Shown here: positions 52,972-64,000 of the stretch, piece after piece | Numbering within the stretch: position 1 is the stretch's first letter | Layout: every line of letters begins with the position of its first letter | Assembly (NCBI GenBank): GCA_964304625.1 | Contig: OZ199838.1 | Location: forward strand, 3,730,505 to 3,794,504 | Reading direction: 5' to 3' | Source of the DNA: Kudoa neothunni | Taxonomy: Eukaryota > Animalia > Cnidaria | DNA: 64,000 nucleotides | Notes under the pieces: model-generated | Databases searched by the model: none | Seen by the model: only the letters and a program-made list of their open reading frames with translations | What the model was told of the DNA's origin: nothing | Translations under genes and position numbers: made by a program

Positions 52972-54849
52972 CTCTAATCATTTACTATGTATACCCTTAA
53001 TTTTTAATAATAATTGTAGATATATGGTAATATAGATATAAATTTAATGAGTAAATCAAATATATAGACCAAATGCAATTATTTGGTTTCATAAAACATA
53101 TTTTAACAGATTACATTAGCTGCGTTAGATAAAACATGTTATTCACTATCAGAGGTAATAAGATTGACGTTTTTATATATAAAATACATTGGCTGGAATT
53201 TGGTTTTTAGTTAAAGAAACCTCTATTAGGAAAAATTAAAAGATTTTCATAAAATTACGAATAACAAAACATAAACCGGGAAATTTATATCCACAAGATT
53301 AGAAATTTAAATAGCTCAAATTTTTTTTTAAATCATTAATTATGTTAGACCAAAAATCATTAATTACAAAAGCGAACCTCAAATTTTATATGAGTTTTTA
53401 AATTTGGAGTTACTCCCCCCATAGCAATAGATATCTCGCACATGCGGATTATACGGATCCGTTGCAAAAGCCACTTCCTAAACAAAATTGTATTCTAAGT
53501 AAGTTATTTCATCATAATATAATTTGTTTATTATTGATGACACCACTTATTGAAAATACAAAATAATCATAGCAGTTATAAGCTCTGCGACAAGCGACAA
53601 AGAACTGGCGGTATTTTTTAATAGAGAACGACAATTTCCGAAAATCTATCACGCTCTGTCGACGCATATTGCTGCTCGCTCGTGGTGCTGTCGGAAATTG
53701 TGTTCTACAATTCAGTTTTTGGTCTGTGCTGGTAATGCTTATTTATCGTGGCAGATAAATATATTACAATCGTAACCTTAGCCACATTAGTGAATCAGTC
53801 CAAAAATCAAGTAACTTATACGAAATGAGCCTAACCGTGGATCCAAACTCAGGTAATTCTATCGCATATGTACAAATGTCACATATTTATATGATTTGAT
53901 TAACATATTGCCACATGAATATGTTGTGTAAATACTATATTTAAGTTCATACGTCGTTTATTTGTTTATTATCTGTTAAAGTCCTAAAATATTTTATATT
54001 ATTTGTTATTTTATTTTTTTAAGGGAACATCGTTAATTAATGGGATAAAGTTTCCTGGTTTATTGCGTAAAAGTTTTATCGATACCTTTAACAAAGATGA
54101 CATGACGTCAAATACCTTAAAAATGAATTTGAACTGTTAATCCTCATTTTTCGAAGTCAACATAAAAACGTTCCATGTTCTTTCTATTCGATATTCGCTT
54201 CTTGTTGTCTCCGTTAGAAGGGACAAAATCACGGGCACGAATTGTGATTTCATGCTTATGCACATAACCTTAGCTGACTGAGCGAATTAATGCTTCTTCA
54301 TCTGTTCGATTGTATCACCTACCATCTTCAACATGAATGGTAATAATGTTTTAATGAGTGGGACCTTCTCCCTTCTTTGTTTTGTTGTTGCGTTTGTTCA
54401 AAATGCATTGAATTAACTATCCAAAGATTTAAATTATGGATGAATCCACCAATCCTCTACATGCTTTCGTGAATTTTCTTTGAATTCTTCAATTTCTAAA
54501 TTCTTGTAATACTTATGGGAGGGACTAATAGAACCTTTACCATTTTTTTATTAAGGACGTTTCCATAAAAGAATATTACTAATTCATCAAAATTAACTGA
54601 ATATATTATAAAATAATAAACGAATCCGAATATTCAACAATATTATTTTGTTTTACGTAAAAATTTATGACAACTGAAACATGTTTGTTGGGTATCTTGT
54701 CTTTATTCCGGGAATAAAGCTAACGTCTGTTTCTCCTTGTTTGTGACATGAGATTTCAATGACATTTGATAAAGTCGCTATTAATTTTAGGTTTGTCAAA
54801 ACTATAAGTTATATTTTGTATAACTATGTAAAATGATGGTTTTCTTTTG

Positions 54850-56270
54850 GCGATTTACTACATTCGGAGTTGGCGGCTAAACAGAAAGCTCACAGAGGAA
54901 ATGCTGTCTTTTGCTCCTATCATTTTCCTCCATTCAGGATTTTTCTTGTTCTATATTATGTAAACATTCAATGAGGTCATATCAATTATATCAATGAATA
55001 TTTTGGTAACCCCTTACGAGCAGCCCGCGAGCATGAATATGATGATCATTTTTTATCCGCAGTCCACCCCACCTTTTATCTTATAAAATGTAAAATCATT
55101 TCTGGTCTTTTTCGATAACTTTCTTTCATCGATGTGTCATGGTGTTGAGTTGACAAAATATTTACCGCATAATTTTTTACGGAACATAGGATGTTATTGT
55201 TAGATCACCTAAAATTGAAATATTGAAGAGAACATTTCTCTTTTAGGTGATTTTAAGAACTCTTTTGGAGTATTTGGTTTATTTTATCTGATTGTTACCT
55301 GTTAAATTGTGATTCTCTTGAGTTTTTTTAACAAGAGAATCTGATACAAAATATTTGGCATATATTACAACCCCACCATTCCAAAAAAATTTTAACGGGT
55401 TGAGTAACGACTCTTTAAAGTATGATGCAAATCCTTCACTTTATTAACATCTCTTATATCTGGCTGAAGATTTAGTTTTCTTGACGTTCCCCTGACGTTA
55501 ACCCCCATGTTTAATTCCGTAGTATCGTTCAGACATATTTTTACATATACACGAAAGGGGCAGCTACCTCGAAACCTAACCAACCTTTGGTCAACAGTAA
55601 TGAATGATCCATGGGAACAATATTTTAATTAGTAAAAGACAATATCTGGCGACAAAGTTCAAATTAATCATTTGTTATTTGAAAACTATCAGCTCTAGTC
55701 GGTTTGTCCTCAAAACGAATTTTACGATAGATATGAATAAATTGGTTTCTCGGTATCACAGAAGAGAAAAATAATCGTTTGAGTGATGGGTGGAGATTCC
55801 AAGCGTTTCTTAGAGAGAGCATCCTGCCATTTGAATGTCTACAACAATGAAAATACTAATAAATGTTATAGTTTCGTTGGTGGATATTGTTGCATGACCG
55901 TTTGGATTAGTTTACTCGCACTATTTGCTCGTGTATTTTTTTATTTCATAAATGTTGGTAATCGACAAAAAATAAAACGAACGAGTCAGGAACAGTTATA
56001 TTTTTTGCTTCTCTTAAAAATCTGACTGAGAACTTACGATATTGAGAGAATAGTTTCTTGTGTTTGTGGACTATTGAAAACCAGATGGGGTAGTAAAAGA
56101 CGAATTGAAGCACCATTTACATTAGAAAATGTATAATCATCCGATAAATCGAATTCCACTTCAGAGTCGAATAAAATGAAGATTTCGTTGCCCGATTTAG
56201 TCTATTCGGTAATTTCGTAATTGGTTATGTCTTCCTTATCCTAAGAAACGAATCGCCAATGGTCTTCCGT
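54850..56270 (-). pseudogene. Heavily decayed piggyBac transposase
   Basis: GSFITVDQRLVRFRGSCPFRVYV, RFEDKPTR and FYKIKGGVD. Confidence 0.75.
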
Positions 56271-56739
56271 ATTATAGCATTTTTTTCATTTACCATATTA
56301 AATTTAAAAACTTAAGTTAACATTGTCACCTCAATGTTTGCGTGCATGAATGCTTGTATTTAAGAGAATTACTCGTCGTTTATCCACCATCGTGTTCCTT
56401 ATAGTTAACATCACTATTTTGGATAAATCTTGTTGTTAAATTAAAAGTTTAACATAAACCTAAAACAAGATTTAAAAAAAAGAAAAAATACGTTTAAATA
56501 TACTTGTTAAATATATTATCTATATTATATTTTTTTGTATACTAATAACTTGAGGGAACAGATTTTTCTTTATGCATATAAGAAATAAGGTTTTATAACT
56601 ATATCATATCCTATGGAAAATTTGATCTGATCGGCATTAGTTTAAACAAAATCTATGAAAAAAACATTTTTGGTAATTCGGAAAATGTTTTATAATACTA
56701 TAAATTCAACTTATTTGACAATGATTTTTAGGTTCTATC

Positions 56740-57891
56740 ATCTACTTAAATATCGAAGCATTTTTCAATAACAGTCTGAGCAACTATTGGTAAAATTATT
56801 TTGAAATTATCATCTGTAAGTTTAAAACGGCGCTTACATTTTTTCTTGATCATTTTAACGTAGGTTTCCATTTACCGAAAACATTTTCCTTAGGGTTTAA
56901 TTTAAGAATGGTGAACATGATGGTAGATACGTCAACATGAGTTGTAACGATTCCAATATTTAGCAAAGTCACTAATAATGATGTACTTATTCCTTAATTT
57001 GTATGAATCATGGATCATTTATTTCCAAAGATCGGCGCGAATCTGCCAACTCAATGGGTTACTCTTTGAAGTATTCATCATTCATTTATTGGCTTTCAAT
57101 GTATTTTCTAAAGTACCATACCATATTTTTTTGTTACTGCCATGGCAAATATATTTATGGATTTGAGGGCCTTTGCATTTACATGTGCATACGTAAACGC
57201 AATCGAACGGTCCTGTCTTACATGACGATACATTAAAACTGACTTCATCAACAAAAAAAGTTGTTGCCTTCTGTCCCAAGCAGTTTGAATTTGACTTTTG
57301 AGCATAAACAAAACCGTTTTCCCGCCATCACATCAGTTTTTTGATCGGAAGGAATTGTGAGTATTTTTAAAGAATATTGAAATTCTTGTATGCACCAGTT
57401 TATTGTTATAACACTATAACTCAAGCCACCTTCGTCTAATAATTTTAGGTGAGGAGCCTTAAGAGTAATGGTGACGTCCTCATCCATCCAAATTTTGATA
57501 ATTTCCTTTTGATATTGAGTGTGTTTTGAGGGAAGTCATCATTTTTTAGTGACTTGTTTTTCCATGAAGGAGTGTGAATTCAAAGGTGAAATAATTGTTT
57601 ATAATCTAACTCCAATACTTTCATCAAGTGCGGTGTTGTTGTATTCCTAATTCTAACTGATTGTTGATCGCTTTTTTACATCATCAAGTGTTTGTCTTTT
57701 TACTTTTTTTGAGTTGTCATGTAAGAATCGTCCTTATTTACCTGTACCTGTTTTAAAAATTCATAAATATTAAACAAGTATGTTACGCCAAATTATTACC
57801 ACTCTTTTGATTATTTTTATTCTACAAAGATATATATGAACTTGATCGTAAGCCGTGAAATTATACACGTGTCGCTGAATCTGAATACCCT
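56740..57891 (-). mobile_element. Older decayed copy of the IS630/Tc1 family at 19007-20367
   Basis: Collinear nucleotide similarity (e.g. gtaatggtgacgtcctcatcca, aaagaatattgaaattct). Remnants DEDVTITLK and FFVDEVSFNVSS; degenerate right TIR ending accctaa. Confidence 0.88.
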
Positions 57892-58374
57892 AATAATTAT
57901 TAAATATACTTGAAATATTTCCTTCCAAAGTCACTGAAATTTGTTTTTAACTATATTGGAGTCCTTCAACAAAATTAGATATACCCGTATTGAAATGTTA
58001 ATGTTAAAATTAATCATTGATCATTATATTCATTGCTATCGTTCAGTTATTACCCCGAGTTGCGAAAGGAAATTTTTGTTTCTTATCCCAAATCTAGTTT
58101 CGGTTAACACCCACTTGTTTTTTCCTGTATTTCATGTTGTTTACTTTAGCATACGAATGAAGCCAACCGTTGATGGGTGAATTCTTATAAACTCAGAAAA
58201 TTGTTTATTTGAGATGTCCTTATTAAATCGTTACCAAATGGAGAACTTAAAAATCTATTGATAAATTTATTATAATTTTGTTTGTAAACCTAGTGAAGTT
58301 ACATTTCCAGTAAAATTTAGCCGGCTCGGCGGTATTTTCAACACTATCTGAGAAGCTTGTAACTTGATCTAACA

Positions 58375-58995
58375 TCATCTATCAAAGCGTGCATCTTTTG
58401 CAGCTTGATACAGAATCTCGATTGTTAACTCGAGTCGGTTGCATATTGAAATTACAAACACCTGTTTAACTGGAAAATTACAATTGGACGCGGTCATTAC
58501 GGATCTGGGGCGTTTCCTTAAAGAAAAAGAGTTACCTTCTGCATCAGCAGGAAGGCTCTCACAAAAATCATAACTTAAATTGGGATTTAAGCGCGGATTT
58601 AAACTATCTTTAGCGAGTAAGTACGAGTTAAACGTAGCATCGTTAAAATAGAGATGGTTAAAGCACGCCAATTTACTGGCGTGAGTGAAATCATAAATAG
58701 ATACGGGATTATTGATGAGGAAGTTAGACAGATTACCTAGGTATACCGGGTCAGAACCCGCTTCTCTACATCTAGGATTATCAGGATTAATATTAACAGT
58801 AGGTAGGATAAATATAAGGTTGGATTTGGGCTGGGGGGAAGCCTCATTAAATGATAAATTATTTGAATTAGAAGTAAGTAAAATTAAGGTTAATTGAATT
58901 AGAATTAACCATCGTTTAAATTGTTTTAGCTGCTTCAGATGTAGAGTCCACTGTCGAACTAATTTCAACAGCTTTCTCTTCATCTTCCGCAGCAT
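58375..58995 (-). other. Orphan, Asn/Ser-rich coding-like segment, probably frameshifted at its 5' part
   Basis: 206-codon open frame, GC-richer than its flanks, with no recognisable domain. An alternative frame at the 5' end gives a more natural SSINAAEDEEKAVEISSTVDSTSEAAK. Confidence 0.35.
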
Positions 58996-59039
58996 TTATA
59001 GAAGAAATAGAACTACTCAAAGAATATATAGTTTTAAAA

Positions 59040-60400
59040 GGAAACGCTAAATCAGCATGATGCAGTTATTTTTTGGAGAGTCTGCAATAGTCTCCAAAAA
59101 CATAGTTTCATGATGTTTATCGTAATTTTGACATATTAGTTTCAATTTTTCATATTTTTCAAGGGTTCTCTTTCCGTGGGAGTCAGAACTTGGGTTGAAA
59201 ACTTTTAAAGATGTATCTTGTTTCACATTTCTCTGATGTTCCATTAATCTTTGAATAAATGTAAGCATTCCAGAATAAGATTACTCAAAGCGAGAGTAAT
59301 AATGTCGATTGAATATCTCAGTAGAATTAGATGTTTAATGGTCGTTTGGCATCAGTCTATCAAAGGCATTCATGACTCTAATGGATATTTAGGGTTCATA
59401 ATATCATAATATAGGTTTTTTCGAAGTAATCTATAAATAAATTTATTTTGGTTGTATCATTTAAATTTTGAGGTTTCGTTTTAAGTTTTTCAATTCCTCC
59501 TTGACATAATTCATTGGGACAAATGTAAGGGACATGACACATTCTACAAGCAATTTGAAATCCACATTATGATCATGATCTTTCGATAGACCTGATTTTT
59601 GAATTTTCCTGTACACACTTTGTCCCAGGTGCAACAAACAAAAATGGATGAACCTTGTGGTTGTCGTTTAAATGAGTTATAGGCGACCATTTCAGAATCT
59701 ATGATTATATTCTTGGGAAGCTCTGAATTGCCCCTTTTTGTTGAAGAATTTCAAGTGTTTTCGTATAGGTTTTTTGTAATTTATCAGACATTAATATAGA
59801 GATAAATGGGAAGACTAATTAAGACTGTGCCTTGGATGGTATACAGGTGAAGAGTCCTTTTGGGATGACAGACTGTGCCATCAGCGATCATCCAATAGTC
59901 AGAGTGTTTGAGATGAATTAAATTTCTCTCGGTTGTAAACATAATAAATCTGTTATTAACATCAGGACCTGAATCCTGCAGACAATATTTTTCCTTTTGC
60001 ATATTTTTAAATTAACATAAACATCGCGTAAAGACGTTGCCTCAATATTTTTATGCTTACGAATATTTCGTATTCTTTCATACGTTGTATTTTTTGGCAC
60101 ATCTGGAATATCAAGCACATTTTCATTATTTGAAGCTACGCTATGAAGTTTAGCTGTAGGGTATATTGTGTTTAAGCTATGATCTTTATCTAACGTCTAT
60201 GAATTTGTTATTTTTTTCTTCGTAACTCATAATATGATCATGAAATCCCAACTCTTTAATAGATTTAATTTCATTCGTTGGGAACGTCAACATTCTACCC
60301 TTACATGACATTATTTGGCAACTACAACACTGACAATTCGCAATCTTATAATCAATAACAAAAATAATGGTTAGAATAAATCATTTCTCTATCTCTTTGT
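59040..60400 (-). pseudogene. MULE transposase remnant
   Basis: LQDSG...FIMFTTERNL..L...WMIADGT...HLYTIQG, IIIDSEMVAYNSF, CLLHLGQSVYRKIQKSGL and MSLTFVP. Confidence 0.85.
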
Positions 60401-60474
60401 CTTAAGGATTTCGTAGGTAATGTCTTCGTTTCCGCTCGTCTTTTCTCAGTGTCGCACCAATACGCGCACATTTT

Positions 60475-60927
60475 TTATACGGCGAAACTTCCCATTACCT
60501 TAGAAACTATATTGGAGAAAGAATCGTTATAATGAAAGTATATAGACAGATCTTTGATGATTTCAACGGCGCCATCGGCCAAAATTAACTCATCAGGAAA
60601 AGTCCCGTGAGTGTACTCATCACGAACAAGGTTGCAGAACTTGTTCAGTGACGTATTTAAAATTGTTTTATTGCGACGAATCGCAGTTAAAATACGCCTT
60701 CTTTCTTTGGACGATTTCTCGTCCAAAGTCGCAAATGCGGCGGCGCAGTTAGGAGATGGCTCGTTTTCGAGGGCAATCAACTCAGTTTGTAATTTAAGGA
60801 TTCGCTCGCTAACACGGTGGTAGTCTGCTGCACCCAAACACAAAGCAGGAAGCTTCTTGCCTCGGCCACGGCCCTTTAAATAGGCTTGAAAATAAACGTG
60901 CAATGCTCGTCTATTCTCGTCGCCCAT
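60475..60927 (-). CDS. Orphan 150-aa intronless ORF downstream of the tRNA fragment
   Basis: ATG-initiated, GC-richer than background, helical-looking sequence with no recognised domain. Confidence 0.4.
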   Translation of the reverse strand: MGDENRRALHVYFQAYLKGRGRGKKLPALCLGAADYHRVSERILKLQTELIALENEPSPNCAAAFATLDEKSSKERRRILTAIRRNKTILNTSLNKFCNLVRDEYTHGTFPDELILADGAVEIIKDLSIYFHYNDSFSNIVSKVMGSFAV

Positions 60928-61083
60928 GCTTTAAGTTAAAATGGACAAAATTCCGCGATAAATCGCTCAATTTTAATACTTAAAGCAACCCCACTAAAAA
61001 GCTATGTGGATCGTTAGATGCGCAAAAAAGAGCTCTATCAAACGATACCAACAAGTTTTTAATAAAAAAATTACTTGGGGGAG

Positions 61084-61095
61084 AAAAACCCAAAA
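61084..61095 (-). terminator. Pol III oligo-T terminator of the tRNA gene
   Basis: TTTT and TTTTT lie 4 and 11 nt after the discriminator on the minus strand. Confidence 0.6.
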
Positions 61096-61099
61096 CAAC

Positions 61100-61128
61100 T
61101 GATCCCGACGCGACTTGAACGCGCAACC
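61100..61128 (-). tRNA. 3' half of a tRNA-Trp gene (variable loop, T arm, acceptor 3' strand); 5' half absent at this position
   Basis: The minus strand reads GGTTGCGCGTTCAAGTCGCGTCGGGATCA, versus the eukaryotic tRNA-Trp end GGTTGCGTGTTCAAATCACGTCGGGGTCA. The T stem GCGCG/CGCGT has a compensatory change, the T loop is TTCAAGT and the discriminator is A. Confidence 0.85.
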
Positions 61129-64000
61129 GCCCGTAATTATACAATATGGTATCTACGAGATAAAATAAAATTGTTTAGAGCTAACGCTAATGAGTTATGT
61201 GGAAATTTCGATCTTCGGAAGCCATCGGTTATCATCGGTTAGAGGGGACAATTCTTCACGCCGTCCCCGGACGGGGGACAGCGGGTTGGGATTTTGACAA
61301 AGAAGCCATTTGAATATTTGTAGTGGGCGGTTTGGGATTTGGTTGGCTTCTTGCTTGAGTGGTGGTGGATGGAGCCGGACCAGCATTTAAATTTAGACGT
61401 GGGGGGTTTCTCTTACGGACATGGTTGTACCATACCGCTCGAGAGCCCTCCAAAATGGAAAGAGTTATCCTCTTGCTGAGCCTCTTCTGCTTATGCATCG
61501 AGATCCCAACAAGAAGATAACCCTCGCGGTTAAGTGAGTGGTGTGACCCAAGAGAACCGTAAACCAAAGCGCTGCAACTAACTTTGTAGCCTAGATTCTC
61601 AAGGGCCGCCTTCTCCGGTAAATATTTGGCTATTTTAGTTATTCTAGCCTGGTCAAGACGGCGGGAATTAGCTTCGTAACTTACAGTTACATCCACTATC
61701 TTCACCTCCTTCTTGACGCGATTAAAAATAACTATATCTGGTCGGCGGGTAGAAGAAATAACTGGGATTCTCTGGTCGTAGAGAACTTCCCAGGACTTAC
61801 CTTCGGGTTTGATCATTTTAATGAGCTCCTCCATAACATTGTTATGGCGCAACTGTATGAGGGACTGCCCATGAGGACACGAATTAAGGACATGGCCCAA
61901 AGATTCAATGTCACACGGACAGTGTCTACATTTTGCGTCAGGAACTGACTTGGCACGTTTTAAAGCGTATCTGGTGGGAAGAGTATTAGCACGACCCATG
62001 ACAGCGAACCTATAAACAGGGGTAGATACGTTACCAGTTCGCAGCCATGAATTGGCCTCCTTCAACCCAGAAAAACACTCCACAGATCTCCCCTGATCAG
62101 GAAGCGCTTTCCAGTTACGCAGGAATATTAATTGATTGTGCCATCGAAGCCTGCGAATTCGAGTGGCGGTTACTTTATATCGTTCTGGAACAAACGATGG
62201 ATCATTAAGTGTAGACAAGTCCAAATCCACACTCATATGATCTTCCTCATCACGCAGGTTAAATTTAATTCCAGCAGATTTGCGATTAAGGCGTAGAGAA
62301 GAGAGCAGACTTCTTACATCCCTAATACGGCCAATCTCCTGGTCAAGATTAAGGTAGTCGACAGCGTTTAGAGTGGAATTGGTTCTTCGACTGATGATTT
62401 CATCTAGTGACTCACGAGCTATATTCTTGATCCTATCGTCTCCAGAATGAAGAACGTTAAGACCAGAAGCTAGTCGAAGAGCCACATAGTCCTTGTGAAG
62501 GTTTCGAAGGCCCAATCCACCAAGATTAACGGGGGTGAATAGTTGCGCTTTAGTATGACAATTAGGGAGTTGCAACCACTGACGAACATGCTTGACGACA
62601 AGCCTGTCCGTCCTTTTTAAATCCTCAATTTTTAAACAATTATTTTTGAGGGTAAAGTCTAGAGTTGGATAAAGATAAACTCGCAACAACTCTAGCTTCA
62701 TAAATGGCAGCAACAGCGCATTTGATAATTTAATAAAATTAGCCTCAAACTCTTTAATAGCAGGCAAAGGATCTTTAAATGAATTCAGATCTTTACAAGT
62801 ACCTAAATACTTATAAAAATCTTCCATCATCGGGATCGGTTGTTGCTGAAGAGTGAGGGGAATTAAGGAAGGGTCGTTGACTACACGTCTGCCGTTTTTC
62901 TTAAAAACACTTAAGGAAGCGCATTTGTTAATATTAACTGAAAGAGAATTTTCAGAACAAAAATCCTCAAATTTAGTTAATAAAGAACTAATCTCGGTTC
63001 TTTCATTGGCCAAAATCACAATGTCATCTGCATAACAGAGGGCACCGATCTTTTGACCACGCAAACTATAACCTAAATTAGAAACGTCAACCTTCTTAAG
63101 GTATTTATCTATAATTAGATTAAAAAGAAGTGGAGACATGGGACAACCTTGTCTCACACCTCTACCATTCGGCAGAACTCTCGCGGTAGCACCAGTGCTA
63201 TCGCGGGCAAGGGAAAAGCATTTTTCATACAAGTTAGAGATAAAATTGATGACATTGATATTGACATTACGCTCTCTAAGTTCGTTTAAAACTAAATGGT
63301 GGGGAACAGAATCAAAAGCTTTACGAATGTCCACCCAGACAGCCGAAAGCTTTTTGCTACCCCGACGAGTATCATCAAGAATTTCTTGAAGAGTGAATGC
63401 ATGCTCAACACATCCATCACCTTCTTGAAATCCTTTCTGAGAAGGGGAAAGTTTAATTAGTTTGGCCAACGCGGTTAACCACAGACATAAAAACTCTATA
63501 TAGCGTCTGAGTGACACTAATAGGTCGATAGTCAAGTGGGTCGTTAGAATTTGGAGTGGGAGATTTGGGAAGAAGCACCAAACGGGATTCTAACCAATCC
63601 TCCGGAATCTTACCTTGTTCTAGAATTAAATTAAACAGAGGCGTCAGAATAAACTCCGCAAAAGGAAGTCTCTTCCAGAACAACATCTGGATACCATCGG
63701 TACCGGGAGATGTGTCCCTCTTGGCCCTTTCGAGCGCAAGAGCCACCTCTTCTTCTTTAATAATGAAAGAAGGTGTGAACTCATCATCATTAACTGATTC
63801 TGAGGACACGTTAAGATTGGGAATTTGATTTAAATTTAAATTATCATTTAAACTGGAATTAACTCTAGTTACGTCCTTATTTAAATTTGAATTTGAATTT
63901 AAACTCGAGCTGGGTTTTAAAATAGAAGAAATTAAATTGTCGCAAGTGGCATCAGTTAAAGTAGGGTTCGAAGACGAAGCACCTACATTTAAGTTGTTAT
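61129..64000 (-). mobile_element. Non-LTR retrotransposon with restriction-like endonuclease (R2/NeSL/R4 group); 5' part beyond window
   Basis: Coding region 61256->64000 with one frameshift at about 63470. RT motifs SPGTDG, YRPIS, QKGF, VDIRKAFDSV, GVRQGCPMSPLLF, YADD and KYLG. CCHC knuckle CRHC..ESLGHVLNSC, RHN, and endonuclease RRPDIVI...IVDVTVSYE...KIAKY. About 125 nt of 3' UTR abuts the tRNA half. Confidence 0.95.

Noticed and set aside
39798-53478. Further inverted similarity (39798-39900 vs 53380-53478) suggesting a large palindrome
   Set aside because: These are short, diverged copies of a dispersed transposon end. The symmetry centre differs from that of the pogo pair and the intervening DNA is not symmetric.
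53580-54790. Possible Harbinger/PIF remnant (WWIHP, DEEALIRSV)
   Set aside because: Only two short motifs, and no clear TIRs or TSD.
1-64000. Prokaryotic systems (CRISPR arrays, operons, IS1595/IS630 as bacterial IS)
   Set aside because: The sequence is eukaryotic with spliceosomal introns and no repeat-spacer array was seen. The IS-like transposases belong to the eukaryotic Merlin and Tc1/IS630 groups.

Overview
AT-rich eukaryotic nuclear DNA with very short GT-AG introns (mostly 38-56 nt). Five host genes sit in a dense field of decayed DNA transposons. Gene content and intron pattern suggest a fast-evolving, compact animal such as a myxozoan-type parasite; this is inference only. Host genes, spliced by hand: the 3' part of the mitochondrial Rieske Fe-S protein (1-545, +), DNA ligase I (8627-11822, -), a 170-aa orphan combining an AT-hook with a C-terminal transmembrane anchor (22082-22696, +), a uridine-cytidine kinase homologue with a degenerate active site (31840-32907, -), and an SLC46/PCFT-like MFS transporter (36408-38008, +). 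Mobile DNA includes MULE, piggyBac, Merlin/ISXO2, hAT, IS630/Tc1, pogo and Helitron-like elements and MITEs, several of them nested. At the right end is a nearly intact non-LTR retrotransposon with a restriction-like endonuclease (R2/NeSL group; RT, CCHC, PD..D..K). Its 3' end is fused directly to the 3' half of a tRNA-Trp gene that still has its Pol III terminator. This is the best candidate for an undescribed system: a tRNA-Trp-targeting site-specific retrotransposon. All family assignments come from motif recognition by eye, not from database searches.
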